The translations under genes and the position numbers were made by a program. This document shows positions 12,629 through 22,751 of a stretch of DNA of 64,000 nucleotides, in pieces (within the stretch, counting starts at the first letter, position 1; the number at the start of each line of letters is the position of its first letter). Where the stretch lies: positions 9,586-73,585 of the forward strand of contig CAVOQM010000015.1 of assembly GCA_963698365.1 (NCBI GenBank), written 5' to 3'. Source of the DNA: an uncultured Alphaproteobacteria bacterium (GTDB lineage: Bacteria; Pseudomonadota; Alphaproteobacteria; Rhizobiales; Stappiaceae). Under the pieces are notes generated by a model. The model was given only the letters and a program-made list of their open reading frames with translations, was not told the DNA's origin and did no database searches.

Positions 12629-13651
12629 ATGGCCAAAGAGGCAGCGGTGAAGAAAATCAATCTGGCGCTGCAAGGCGGCGGCGCACATGGCGCATTCACC
12701 TGGGGGGTCCTCGACTGGCTGCTTGAGAACGATAAATTCGAGATCGACGGCGTTACCGGCACTTCCGCCGGCGCGATGAACGCCGTCGCTCTCGCCAGCG
12801 GAATGCATCAGGGCGGGAACGACGGCGCCCGCGAATTGCTGGAGCGGTTTTGGCGGGCAGTGAGCGAGCGCTCATTCCTGAGCCCGATCAAACGCTCGCC
12901 GGTCGATATCGCCCTTGGTCAGTGGAGCCTCGATTTTTCGCCGAGCTACCTGGCCTTCGACCTCGTGTCGCGTTTCGCCTCGCCTTACGAATTCAATCCG
13001 CTGAATGCCAATCCCTTGCGCGACGTCGTGGCGGAAACCGTGGATTTCGATTGCGTCCGGCATTGCGAGCACATCAAGCTCTATATCGCCGCGACCAACG
13101 TCTTTACCGGCAAGATACGGGTCTTTTCAGCCCATGAAGTCACGCTGGACGCGGTGATGGCCTCCGCCTGCCTGCCCCATCTTTTCCAGGCGGTGGAGAT
13201 CGACGGCGAACCCTATTGGGACGGCGGATACATGGGAAATCCGCCGCTTTATCCGCTTTTCTATCATACGGAGACGCCGGATACGGTCCTCATCCAGATC
13301 AACCCGCTGGAGCGGCGGGAGACGCCGCGCACGGCGCGCGAAATCCTGAACCGGCTGAACGAGATCACCTTCAACTCGACGCTGACGCGGGAACTGCGGG
13401 CGGTCGATTTCGTTACCAGGCTGATCGAGGACGGCAAGCTCAGCCGGCAGGACTATATGAAGGTGCACTTCCACCGCATCTCCGCAGCCAGGCTGAAACC
13501 GCTGCAGGCCTCGTCCAAGATGAATGCCGAGTGGGCGTTTTTGACCGAATTGCGCGACATCGGCCGCGAAACCGCGAGGCAATGGGCGGAAGAAAACTTC
13601 GACGCGATCGGCGAGCGATCGACCGTGGACCTGCGTCAGGAATTCATGTGA
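12629..13651 (+). CDS. Patatin-like phospholipase (PHA depolymerase-type)
   Basis: LQGGGAHGAF, GTSAG, WDGG motifs; adjacent to bdhA. Confidence 0.9.
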   Translation: MAKEAAVKKINLALQGGGAHGAFTWGVLDWLLENDKFEIDGVTGTSAGAMNAVALASGMHQGGNDGARELLERFWRAVSERSFLSPIKRSPVDIALGQWSLDFSPSYLAFDLVSRFASPYEFNPLNANPLRDVVAETVDFDCVRHCEHIKLYIAATNVFTGKIRVFSAHEVTLDAVMASACLPHLFQAVEIDGEPYWDGGYMGNPPLYPLFYHTETPDTVLIQINPLERRETPRTAREILNRLNEITFNSTLTRELRAVDFVTRLIEDGKLSRQDYMKVHFHRISAARLKPLQASSKMNAEWAFLTELRDIGRETARQWAEENFDAIGERSTVDLRQEFM

Positions 13652-14042
13652 GACATCGAAATCAGCGCTAGAAGAGGGTGCCTTCGCCCCTCTCTTTCGA
13701 CGGCTGCATGGTTAAGCGACGTTAACGCTTAGCCACAGGTCAGTCTCGCATTTTGCGTTACGGCACGCCTTACCATTTCCTTAATATAATCAATAATTTG
13801 GGAAGAAGGAAATTTTTCGCTGCATTCATCGCAAAAGTCAGCATGCCAACGATTTGGCAAGGGTTTTACCGCATCATCGACATGCTGATTGTTTGGTAGT
13901 GCGTCGTCAGCAACCGGCGGACGGAGAAGACAGGCAAATGCGACCCCGCCTCCTTCTTCGTCCCGCCGCTTCCTTTGAAAGACACTTTAGCGCGGCATCC
14001 GCTTGTTGCGAACCCGCCCTTGCGCCTTTCATGGAAACAAGG

Positions 14043-14490
14043 TTACCGCGAAATCACGATTCGCGCATTCCCCTTTCCATATTGCTGGATCAGCGGAATA
14101 CAGCCGTCTCGCATTGGCCGGATGCAGGCGAATGCAGCCGTGAGAGGCCGGGCGACCCAGGCTTCTCACTGCATCGGTGCCGTGAATGGCATAGCCGCCA
14201 TAAAAGAAAACCGACCAGGGCATGGGCGAGCCATGATATTTCTTCGAGTAATAACGCTTATGCATTCTGCCTGGGCGAAAGGTTCCAACAGGTGTGCGAT
14301 AACCCCGCCTCGCCGTGGAAACCGGCCAGCTGTGCCGCGGAAGGCCGTTGACATAGACCTTCATCCGCTGTTCGGAGAGGTCGATACGCGCCGTCACATT
14401 GGCAGCACACGCCGGATGAATTGATAGTGCGACCCATATTGCCGCGACCGCGCATGCAAACCCTGCCGTCTTGCAGATGGATCGACGCAT
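14043..14490 (-). CDS. Small L,D-transpeptidase (YkuD family); apparent frameshift near 14095
   Basis: Signal peptide, WPVSTAR, AIHGT...LGRPASHGCIRL; removing one C gives a typical C-terminus LIQQYGKGNARIVISR*. Confidence 0.85.
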
Positions 14491-14830
14491 AACTCCCCCC
14501 CAAACGTTCGATAGCTCCAGGTTCGATCCGCCAAATCGCGCAAGTCGATTTTCTCCTTCCATGTGAAATTGCCAAAAGGCGGAGAAAATACTTGGGCCCG
14601 TTGCTCCAGGGATCTCGAATAGCCTTTTCAGTCGAACAAATCTTTATGAAACGTTAACATAACCTGCCAAGCCTGTCTTCGACACGGCTCCAATTTGATT
14701 AACGAGGGACGAGACTTTCAAAAGGCGGCGGCAATATTATTCGGATATAACACTTAGTTTGAGCGTCAGGTCTTTCAGACAGTCGCGCAACTACCTACAT
14801 CAAATAGACAGCACGAGATGGAAAAGTCGC

Positions 14831-15664
14831 ATGAGCGGGTATCCAAGCTTGAAAACGGCCATGACTTCGATTTTCGCCGGATTGATCGCCGCGGGGACAA
14901 TGACCGGCGGCGAGGCAAAGGCAGACCAGTCGTCCGTCGACCGGCTGATGGCCGAAAAGTCCTGCCCGCGATGCAATTTCAAACTCGATGAAATGCGCGA
15001 AGTTTCGCTGGATGGCGCCAATTTACGCGGCGCCGTGATGCGGGAAGCTGACTTGAAGGAAGCAAAACTTCTCAACTCGGACATGCGCGATATCGATCTG
15101 CGGCGGGCGGAATTGGAACGCTCCGATTTCACCGGCAGCAATCTCTCCAATGGCAGCATGCGCGGCGTGGACTTCGAAAAGGCGATACTTCGCAACACGC
15201 TCTTCATCAAGGCTGACCTGCGCGATTCCGATCTTGCGGAAGCCGACCTGACCGGCGGCGATTTTACAGGCGCCGACCTTCGCTCCGGCTATTTCGTCCG
15301 CGTCATCGCGACAGGAACGGTGTTCGCAAATGCCAAGATGGACGCCATCAACCTGGAGCGGGCAATCGTTGAAGGCGCCGATTTCTCCGGTGCGCGGCTG
15401 AAATACGCCAATTTCAACCGGGTGAGGGCCGAGGGAGCGCAATTCCGCGATGCCGATCTGACCGGCGTCCACATGGTCAGCACCGATTTGACCGGAGCCG
15501 ACCTGTCAGGCGCTACCATGACGGATGCGCTTTTGCGCCGCGCTCGCCTGGCGGGCGCGGATCTGACCGGCGTGGAGGGACTGTCTGCCGATCGCATCAT
15601 TGATTTATGCGGCGACGCTGCCACAAAGCTTCCGCCGGGTATCACCCTTAATGTTTGCGATTAA
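14831..15664 (+). CDS. Secreted pentapeptide-repeat protein
   Basis: Signal peptide, CPRC, long A(D/N)LxG repeats. Confidence 0.9.
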   Translation: MSGYPSLKTAMTSIFAGLIAAGTMTGGEAKADQSSVDRLMAEKSCPRCNFKLDEMREVSLDGANLRGAVMREADLKEAKLLNSDMRDIDLRRAELERSDFTGSNLSNGSMRGVDFEKAILRNTLFIKADLRDSDLAEADLTGGDFTGADLRSGYFVRVIATGTVFANAKMDAINLERAIVEGADFSGARLKYANFNRVRAEGAQFRDADLTGVHMVSTDLTGADLSGATMTDALLRRARLAGADLTGVEGLSADRIIDLCGDAATKLPPGITLNVCD

Positions 15665-15744
15665 AAGCCGGGCCGATGAGAGAGCCTGGCGCGGCCAACC
15701 CAGGCCGCGCGCGTATCCCGTGCTTTACAAGAACAGGCCGCCAA

Positions 15745-16560
15745 TCAGAACAGATCAAACGAGAAGCGGTAGGTAACGCCGAGTCCGACCGAAAACTGAT
15801 CGTCGCTGCCGCCGTTCACGATCGGGCTGTCATTAGCATCGCCAACGAAGCGATCCCAACCGCCCTGCAGATGAAGCGTCGTCAAATCGGTAAGCGCGTA
15901 GCTCGCGCGCGCCGCAAGGCCGACCGTCTTGAAGCCCGCATCCGGCTGATAGGCGGTTAACGCGCCGCCGGAGGCCGCCGCTTCGCCAGCCGTCACACCG
16001 AAATAGGTTTCCATATAGTCGTCCGACGCCCATGAGGCGCGCGGGCCGAAGCTTATTTCAAGGCGGTCGAGCGGATTGGTGATGATGTCGACGCCGAAAT
16101 CGGCAACCTGGCCATGGTGGCCGTTGATACCCTGACGCAGCGCCACGAAACCGCGCACCCAGTCATAGCGATAACCGCCGCCGATACCCAGTTCCAGCGC
16201 CCAGTCGACCGTATTGGTGCCTGTCAGGCTGGAGGAATTGGAGGCCTTGCGCTCGCCGTTGAAGTCGAAGGACGGATAGAAGAAGAAGCCCCGCTTCGTC
16301 ACATGGCCATCGGTGATCTGGCCAATACCGGGAAAATAGAAACGCCCAACCGCGATAATCGGGAAAGGCACGACCTGATAATCGTCAGCGCCGGGATATT
16401 TCGGCTGAACGATCGCGCCACCGCCGAGATCGACAACATACTGCCGCTGCGGCATAGGGCGATCTTCCGGCGCGGTGATCGCATCTTGCGCCTGCGCCTG
16501 GGATGCGACCGCAAGAGCGGTGGCTGCGAGCAGGAAACGGGCGGCACGGGCAAGGACCAT
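15745..16560 (-). CDS. MipA/OmpV family outer-membrane protein
   Basis: Signal peptide, PKYPGADDY, YMETYFGV, DSPIV, C-terminal aromatic YRF...F. Confidence 0.85.
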   Translation of the reverse strand: MVLARAARFLLAATALAVASQAQAQDAITAPEDRPMPQRQYVVDLGGGAIVQPKYPGADDYQVVPFPIIAVGRFYFPGIGQITDGHVTKRGFFFYPSFDFNGERKASNSSSLTGTNTVDWALELGIGGGYRYDWVRGFVALRQGINGHHGQVADFGVDIITNPLDRLEISFGPRASWASDDYMETYFGVTAGEAAASGGALTAYQPDAGFKTVGLAARASYALTDLTTLHLQGGWDRFVGDANDSPIVNGGSDDQFSVGLGVTYRFSFDLF

Positions 16561-16715
16561 GATGTTTCAATCCGTAAGAAGCAGGGAAAGTCAGATACTG
16601 TTCTGACATCTTATGGCGCGGATGGGCAGATTTTGTCTTAACGCGACAATGATTTCCCCGCCTCTGTTGCATTGCTGCATCGTTCCCGACGGGGGAACCG
16701 GGAAGGACTGCCCGC

Positions 16716-18752
16716 CTAAAGATCCTTCGCCAGGCGCAGCGCGTCGTAGATCGCCGCGTGGATGTTGCGCGAGGAAACCGCATCGCCGATTTGCAGCAGA
16801 TTGAAGGCCCCGTCCGCATTGTAGGCGGGGAACGGATCTTTCCCGTCAATAAGGCCGCGCCAGTTCACCGCGCCACGGTTCTTCGACAAGGGCTTCAACG
16901 CGAAATAGAGATCAGCCAACGGCAACGTGCCGTGTTCGACAACGACCTGATCCACCAGCCTTTCCTGCCTGCCGCTGCCATAGTCGGAGCCGATGAAGGC
17001 GCGCAGCCTGTTGCCTTCGCGGCGGACGCCGACGAGACGGGAATTGATGGTGACTGTCACGCCTGCCTCGTGGAAGATTTCGGCATAGGGAACGTGATTC
17101 AGCCCTCCCATTTCCGGCGCAAAGAAACGCTCCGGGCTGACGATCTCAAGCTTCGATCCGGCGCGCGCCAGTGTTTCCGCCGCCTGCATACCCGGGTGGC
17201 CGCCGTTATCGTCATAAAGCAACGCCTCCGCGCCGGGCTTCACCTCGCCCGATACGATTTCCCATGAAGAGGTGAGAAGATCGGCGCCCTCTTCCACCAC
17301 CTCGGTATTGGGGAGCCCTCCTGTCGCGACGAAAACCACATCGGGCGCCAGTGCAGTCACATCGTCGGCTTCGGCATATGCGTTGAAATGAAATGTCACG
17401 CCAAGTGCGCTGCATTGCTCCATCCGCCAGTCGACGATGCCGATCAGTTCCCGCCGCCGCGGACTTTGGGAGGCAAGGCGAACCTGACCACCCGCCTCCG
17501 CCGCCGCTTCGAAAACGGTGACCTCGTGCCCTCGTTCGCCTGCAACCCGCGCCGCCTCCAGTCCCGCCGGCCCGGCGCCGACGATGACGACGCGCTTCCT
17601 GGCGCCCGCCGAGCGCTCGATCACATGCGGCATCGTCGCTTCACGCCCGGTGGCCGCGTTATGGATGCATAGCGCCTCATGGCCTTCATAGATCCGGTCG
17701 AGACAGTAGGTCGCGCCGACGCACGGGCGGATCTGATGTTCCCGGCCCTCCATAACCTTGCGGGCAATATGCGGGTCGGCGATATGCGCCCGCGTCATGC
17801 CCACCATGTCGAGCTTTCCTTCCGCTATGGCATGGCGGGCGGTGGCGACGTCGCTGATACGGGCCGCGTGGAAGATCGGAAATTTCGTCTCCGCCCTCAC
17901 TTCGCCGGCGAAATCGAGATGAGGAGCCGAGCGCATGCCCTGCACCGGGATCACCTTCGAAAGCGCTGCGTCCGTATCGATATGGCCGCGAATGAGGTTG
18001 ATGAAATCGATCCGGCCGGAGGCGATCAGCCGCCTGGCAATCTCAAGTCCCTCCTCGCGCCCGAACCCCTTGTCCCAGTCCTCATCGGCCGCCATGCGCA
18101 TGCCGACGATGAAGTCCGCGCCTACGCGCTCGCGGATCGCAGTCAGCACTTCGTGGGTGAACCGCAGACGATTTTCGAGCGCGCCACCGTAGTTGTCGTC
18201 GCGATGGTTGGTGGCGGGCGACCAGAAGCCGTCCATCAGATGGCCGTAGGCTTCCAGTTCGATACCGTCGAGACCGGCAGCCTGCATCCGCTCCGCCGCA
18301 TCGGCATAGTCGGCGACGATCCGCTCGATATCCCAATCCTCCGCTTCCTTGGGAAAGGCGCGATGCGCCGGCTCACGGATCGGAGACGGCGCCACGACCG
18401 GCAGCCAGTCGGCCTTGTTCCAGTTGGTCCGCCGGCCAAGGTGGGTAATCTGGATCATCGCCGCCGCGCCCTCCGCGTGACAGTCGTCGGCAAGCCGCTT
18501 CAGCCACGGCACGATCTCGTCCTTATAGGCGTGAAGATTGCCAAATGCGGCGGGGCTGTCCTCGGAAACAATCGCCGAGCCCGCCGTCATCGTCAGCGCG
18601 ATGCCTCCCTTGGCTTTTTCCAGATGGTAGAGCCGGTAACGGTCCTTCGGCATGCCGTCTTCGGTATAGGCCGGCTCGTGCGCCGTCGACATGATCCGAT
18701 TGCGGAGCGTCAGGTGCTTCAGTTGGTAGGGCTGCAGCAGCGGGTCGGTCAT
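16716..18752 (-). CDS. stcD: NADH:flavin oxidoreductase, N-methylproline demethylase (StcD/HpbA)-like
   Basis: DPLLQPYQLKHLTLRNRI..TAHEPAY, RPCVGATYCLDRIY...CIHN Fe-S motif, GAGPAG FAD motif. Confidence 0.8.
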   Translation of the reverse strand: MTDPLLQPYQLKHLTLRNRIMSTAHEPAYTEDGMPKDRYRLYHLEKAKGGIALTMTAGSAIVSEDSPAAFGNLHAYKDEIVPWLKRLADDCHAEGAAAMIQITHLGRRTNWNKADWLPVVAPSPIREPAHRAFPKEAEDWDIERIVADYADAAERMQAAGLDGIELEAYGHLMDGFWSPATNHRDDNYGGALENRLRFTHEVLTAIRERVGADFIVGMRMAADEDWDKGFGREEGLEIARRLIASGRIDFINLIRGHIDTDAALSKVIPVQGMRSAPHLDFAGEVRAETKFPIFHAARISDVATARHAIAEGKLDMVGMTRAHIADPHIARKVMEGREHQIRPCVGATYCLDRIYEGHEALCIHNAATGREATMPHVIERSAGARKRVVIVGAGPAGLEAARVAGERGHEVTVFEAAAEAGGQVRLASQSPRRRELIGIVDWRMEQCSALGVTFHFNAYAEADDVTALAPDVVFVATGGLPNTEVVEEGADLLTSSWEIVSGEVKPGAEALLYDDNGGHPGMQAAETLARAGSKLEIVSPERFFAPEMGGLNHVPYAEIFHEAGVTVTINSRLVGVRREGNRLRAFIGSDYGSGRQERLVDQVVVEHGTLPLADLYFALKPLSKNRGAVNWRGLIDGKDPFPAYNADGAFNLLQIGDAVSSRNIHAAIYDALRLAKDL

Positions 18753-18784
18753 ACGGCGGGAATCCTCGTCGGCCAGGACCAAGG

Positions 18785-20353
18785 TCAATACCAGGCGTCG
18801 GGCTGCGATGCCTTTCGCCGCGCCATGAAGTCCAGCAGCGCTTCATCGATGCCGGGGTCGATAGGCGGCGGCTGATAGGCGGCGAGCACCTCCTTCCACT
18901 TTGCATTGGCGCGGGCAGCCATGTCGAGACCGCCATTGTCGGTCCAAGTCTCAAATGGATCGTTGTCGGAAAGCGCTGAATCCCAGAAGGCGGTTTCATA
19001 GTTTTTTATCGTATGGGCCGAGCCAAAGAAGTGATTGCCCGGCCCCACCTCCACGAATGCGTCGACGGCAAGCGCATTGTCGTCGACAGGAACACCCGCA
19101 AGATAGCTGTGCAGCGCGCCGCAATAATCGACGTCCATGACGAATTTCTCGTAACTCATCGAAAGGAGCCCATCGAGAAAACCGGCTGAATGCAGCAAAA
19201 AGTTCGCGCCGCAATGGATCGCCGAAAGCATCGAAGTGACGCTTTCCTGCATGGCCTGCGCATCCGGCAGCTTGGAGGTGGTGAAGGACCCGGCTGAGCG
19301 CAGCGGCAGGCCCAGTCGTCGTGCAAGCTGTCCGACGACGAGCGAGCCCGCAGCCGGTTCCGGCGTGCCGAAAGTGGGCGAACCCGAACGAAGCGACATG
19401 GACGACAGGAAATTGCCGAATATCACCGGCGCGCCCGGCCGCACCAGTTGGGTGAGCGCGCATCCGACCATGGTTTCGGCCAGTGCCTGGGCGATGGCGC
19501 CTGCCGTCGTCACCGGCCCCATGGCGCCTCCCAGAATGAAGGGCACGATGACCGAGCCCTGATTGGCCGCCGCATAGGCCCGCACCGCGCCGGTCATCGT
19601 TGCATCCCAGACCAGCGGCGAATTGACGTTCACATTGCCCATGATCACGCAATTCTTGTCGACGAAATCGGCGCCGAAGACGATCCGGGCCATTTCGATG
19701 GACTCTTCCGCCCGCTCCGGCTGGGTGATCGAACCCAGGAACGCCTTGTCGCTGTAGCGCAGATGCGCATAGACCATGTCGAGATGGCGCTTGTTGACGG
19801 GAATATCCGTCGGCTCGCAAACCGTACCGCCGGAATGATGCAGCCACGGCGCGCAATAGGCGAGCTTCACGAAATTCTGGAAATCGTCCAGCGTGCCATA
19901 GCGCCGGCCACGGTCGAGATCCATGACGAAGGGCGAACCGTAGGACGGAGCGAAGACCACCGCATCGCCGCCGATCTGCACCGAGCGCTCCGGATTGCGG
20001 GCGTGCTGCACAAAGGTCTTCGGCGCGGTCTTGAGGATTTCCCGCAGCATGCCGGGTTCGAATTTGCACAATTCGCCTTCGCCGCTTGCGCCCGCCTGGC
20101 GAAACAGCGCCAGCGCGACCGGATCGCCGCGAAACTCGATACCGACTTCCGCCAGTATTCTGTCCGCCGCCTTTTCGATGCGGATCAGGCTTTCCTCGCC
20201 CAGGATTTCATAGGGCGGGATCTGCCGGATAATATAGGCGGGAGCATTTGCGCTCTGCGCCGCCCGTTTGTCCCGCCGGCGTTCGCGCGCGCTTCTGCGG
20301 CCGCCCGTCTCATTCTCACCCGCATTTTCCTTGAGTACCGCCGGCTCCGCCAT
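18785..20353 (-). CDS. Trimethylamine methyltransferase (MttB) family protein, non-pyrrolysine
   Basis: GGTVCEP, NVNSPL, GAMGPVT.AG, SGSPTFGTPE, HSAG..DG motifs; no in-frame amber codon. Confidence 0.9.
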   Translation of the reverse strand: MAEPAVLKENAGENETGGRRSARERRRDKRAAQSANAPAYIIRQIPPYEILGEESLIRIEKAADRILAEVGIEFRGDPVALALFRQAGASGEGELCKFEPGMLREILKTAPKTFVQHARNPERSVQIGGDAVVFAPSYGSPFVMDLDRGRRYGTLDDFQNFVKLAYCAPWLHHSGGTVCEPTDIPVNKRHLDMVYAHLRYSDKAFLGSITQPERAEESIEMARIVFGADFVDKNCVIMGNVNVNSPLVWDATMTGAVRAYAAANQGSVIVPFILGGAMGPVTTAGAIAQALAETMVGCALTQLVRPGAPVIFGNFLSSMSLRSGSPTFGTPEPAAGSLVVGQLARRLGLPLRSAGSFTTSKLPDAQAMQESVTSMLSAIHCGANFLLHSAGFLDGLLSMSYEKFVMDVDYCGALHSYLAGVPVDDNALAVDAFVEVGPGNHFFGSAHTIKNYETAFWDSALSDNDPFETWTDNGGLDMAARANAKWKEVLAAYQPPPIDPGIDEALLDFMARRKASQPDAWY

Positions 20354-20451
20354 GCCATCCTCCCGAAACCCAGACTTATGGGGTCGAGCCTAGCTGCGAT
20401 AAATGCCGTCGTAATGCTGGAAATCTCTAATCGTTCAGATAAGCTCTGCTT

Positions 20452-21360
20452 ATGAAAAGCCTGCGCCATCTCCTTCCTTCCGCCGGGGCGCTGATCGCCT
20501 TTGAGGCCGCTGGCCGCCACGGCAGTTTCACCCGTGCCGCCGAGGAGTTGGGCATGAGCCAGGCGGCCGTCAGCCTGGCGGTGCGCACACTGGAGGAAAG
20601 CCTCGCCGTCAGGCTGTTTCATCGCCGCCACCGGCATGTGGAACTGACGGAAGCAGGCGCACGATTCTACAGCGACGTCTCGCTCGGGCTCGGCCACATT
20701 CGCAAATCGGCTGAGGAATTGCGGGCGCTTGGGAGCGAGCGGCACGTAACGCTTTCCGCCTCCACCGCATTTGCCAGCTTCTGGATGCTGCCGAGGCTGG
20801 CCAAATTTCGCGAGGATCTTCCCGATATCGACCTGCGCATCCAGACCGGCGACCGCGATATCGATATCGTCGCCGAAGCCATTCCGCTCGGCATTCGCTC
20901 CGCGCCGGTCGGATCCTTCCTCGGCTATGAGGCCGGTATCATCGCGCCGGAACGCATCGAGGCGGTCGCCAATCCGGCCTATGTGGAACGTGCGGGAATG
21001 CCCGCACGCGCGGAAGATCTCCTCAGCCACCGGCTCATCCATCTGGAAGAACCTTACCGGCCCTGCACCGACTGGGGCGACTGGTTCACCAGCCTGAACC
21101 TGCCGCGTCCCCCGCTTTCAAGCGGGCTTTCCATCAACGATTATGTGCTCGTTATTCAGGCGGTGATGGAGGGGCAAGGCGTGGCGCTCGGCTGGAAGCA
21201 CCTGACCGACCGGCTCGTCGCCGCCGGGCTTCTCGTGCGCCTCAGCGACCATGTGCTTGAAACGGACCGGCCGTTCCAGCTTGTCTGGCCGAAATTCGGC
21301 GCCCTTTCAGGCCCTGCCGCGCAGGTGCGCGACTGGCTTTTGTCCGGGCAGGAGACCTGA
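20452..21360 (+). CDS. LysR family transcriptional regulator (GcvA-like)
   Basis: FEAAGRHGSFTRAAEELGMSQAAVS HTH; GQGVALGW. Confidence 0.92.
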   Translation: MKSLRHLLPSAGALIAFEAAGRHGSFTRAAEELGMSQAAVSLAVRTLEESLAVRLFHRRHRHVELTEAGARFYSDVSLGLGHIRKSAEELRALGSERHVTLSASTAFASFWMLPRLAKFREDLPDIDLRIQTGDRDIDIVAEAIPLGIRSAPVGSFLGYEAGIIAPERIEAVANPAYVERAGMPARAEDLLSHRLIHLEEPYRPCTDWGDWFTSLNLPRPPLSSGLSINDYVLVIQAVMEGQGVALGWKHLTDRLVAAGLLVRLSDHVLETDRPFQLVWPKFGALSGPAAQVRDWLLSGQET

Positions 21361-21438
21361 CGAAAGGGCGTCGCGCTTTTGAGCGTGTTTCGAATAACTG
21401 GAATCAAAAAACACGGCGCAATCATTTGACTTTATGGC

Positions 21439-21541
21439 GCATGTCCTTGTCCCAAAACCGGCATCCACTTTTGGGGGACATGCTTTTTTACAGGCCGCAT
21501 GTCCTTGTCCCAAAACCGGCATCCACTTTTGGGGGACATGC
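21439..21541. repeat. Two identical 45-bp palindromic REP/RIME-like elements in tandem
   Basis: gcatgtccttgtcccaaaaccggcatccacttttgggggacatgc at 21439-21483 and 21497-21541. Confidence 0.9.
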
Positions 21542-21542
21542 T

Positions 21543-22739
21543 TTATTCTTCTGTCATCGAGTTGCCGTTATGCCTGTCGCCTGGCTTCAGGCTCTGTTCC
21601 GCTTCCACCAGCGGCTGTTCGGTAAAGCCGTTCAGCGGGCCGATTTCCTTCGCATCGCGCGGGATCGCGACCGGGCTCAGCGTATAGGCAGTCAGCAACT
21701 CGGCGACGGAGCGAAGCGCATGCATGTTGATGCGCTCATAGCCATGCGAGGCATCGACGCCGAATGTGGCCAGCGCCGTTCGCACATCCGCTCCCGCCGC
21801 AATCGCCGAGGCGCTGTCTGAGAGATAATAGCGAAAGACGTCGCGCTGAAACTTGATGTCGTTTTCCCGGCAAAGCTGGATGAGCTTGCGCGTCAGGTGA
21901 TAGTCGAAAGGCCCGCTCTGGTCCGCCATGGCGATGGTGACGCCGAATTCCGACGAATTTTGCCCCGGCGCGCTGGTGCCATTGTCGACCACGACCATGG
22001 AAGCAACGTCATGGGTCAGCATGGAAGACGCGCCGGAGCCGACCTCCTCGGAAATCGAGAAGAGCCAGAATGTATCGAGCGTCGGTACGGCTTTTTCGCG
22101 CTTGTGGGCTTCAAGCGCGGCGAGCATCAATGCAACGCCCGCCTTGTTGTCGAGATAACGCGAGACGATGAACCCGTTATCGAGGAATTCCGGCTGAGGG
22201 TCGATCGCCACCAGATCGCCCACGTGAATGCCAAGGCGCAGCGTATCGTCCTTGCTGGCGGTCAGCGCATCTATCCTCAGTTCCACATAGGGCCAGCCGA
22301 CAGGGAGTTTGTCGACTTCCTCGCCATAGGTATGGCCGGAGGCATGCAGCGGCAGTATCGTGCCGCGATAGCTGCCTTTTTCGGAAATGATGGTGCAGCG
22401 TGCGCCTTCGGAAAACCGCGCCGACCAATGGCCTATCGGCACGAGTTCGAGCCTGCCGTTTTCCTTGATCTGCTTGATCTGGGCGCCCAGCGTGTCGAGA
22501 TGGGAGATCACCGCCCGGCGCTGGTTGCTGGCTTTGCCCTTCAAAAGCGCCCGGATCGCGCCACGCCGCGTCAGTTCGAAGGGGATCTTGAGCTTCTTCA
22601 GCTCATCGCAAGTCGCCCGCACCACCGTATCGGTGAACCCCGAGGGAGAGGGAATCTCCAGCAACATCTTCAATTTTTCCGCAAGATAATCGATGTCGAT
22701 CTGCAGTCGCGTCACTTCCCTCTTTATCCCTTTCGTCAT
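21543..22739 (-). CDS. Osmoprotectant NAGGN system M42 family peptidase
   Basis: IPSPSG, SHLDTLG, LDNKAG, SEEVG, SHGYER; third gene of the NAGGN operon. Confidence 0.9.
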   Translation of the reverse strand: MTKGIKREVTRLQIDIDYLAEKLKMLLEIPSPSGFTDTVVRATCDELKKLKIPFELTRRGAIRALLKGKASNQRRAVISHLDTLGAQIKQIKENGRLELVPIGHWSARFSEGARCTIISEKGSYRGTILPLHASGHTYGEEVDKLPVGWPYVELRIDALTASKDDTLRLGIHVGDLVAIDPQPEFLDNGFIVSRYLDNKAGVALMLAALEAHKREKAVPTLDTFWLFSISEEVGSGASSMLTHDVASMVVVDNGTSAPGQNSSEFGVTIAMADQSGPFDYHLTRKLIQLCRENDIKFQRDVFRYYLSDSASAIAAGADVRTALATFGVDASHGYERINMHALRSVAELLTAYTLSPVAIPRDAKEIGPLNGFTEQPLVEAEQSLKPGDRHNGNSMTEE

Positions 22740-22751
22740 TCATTCATCCTT

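Noticed and set aside
13712-13726. Full CtrA box TTAA-N7-TTAA
   Set aside because: Spacer is 6 nt, not 7
18785-20353. Pyrrolysine recoding in MttB
   Set aside because: Uninterrupted 522-aa ORF with no amber codon
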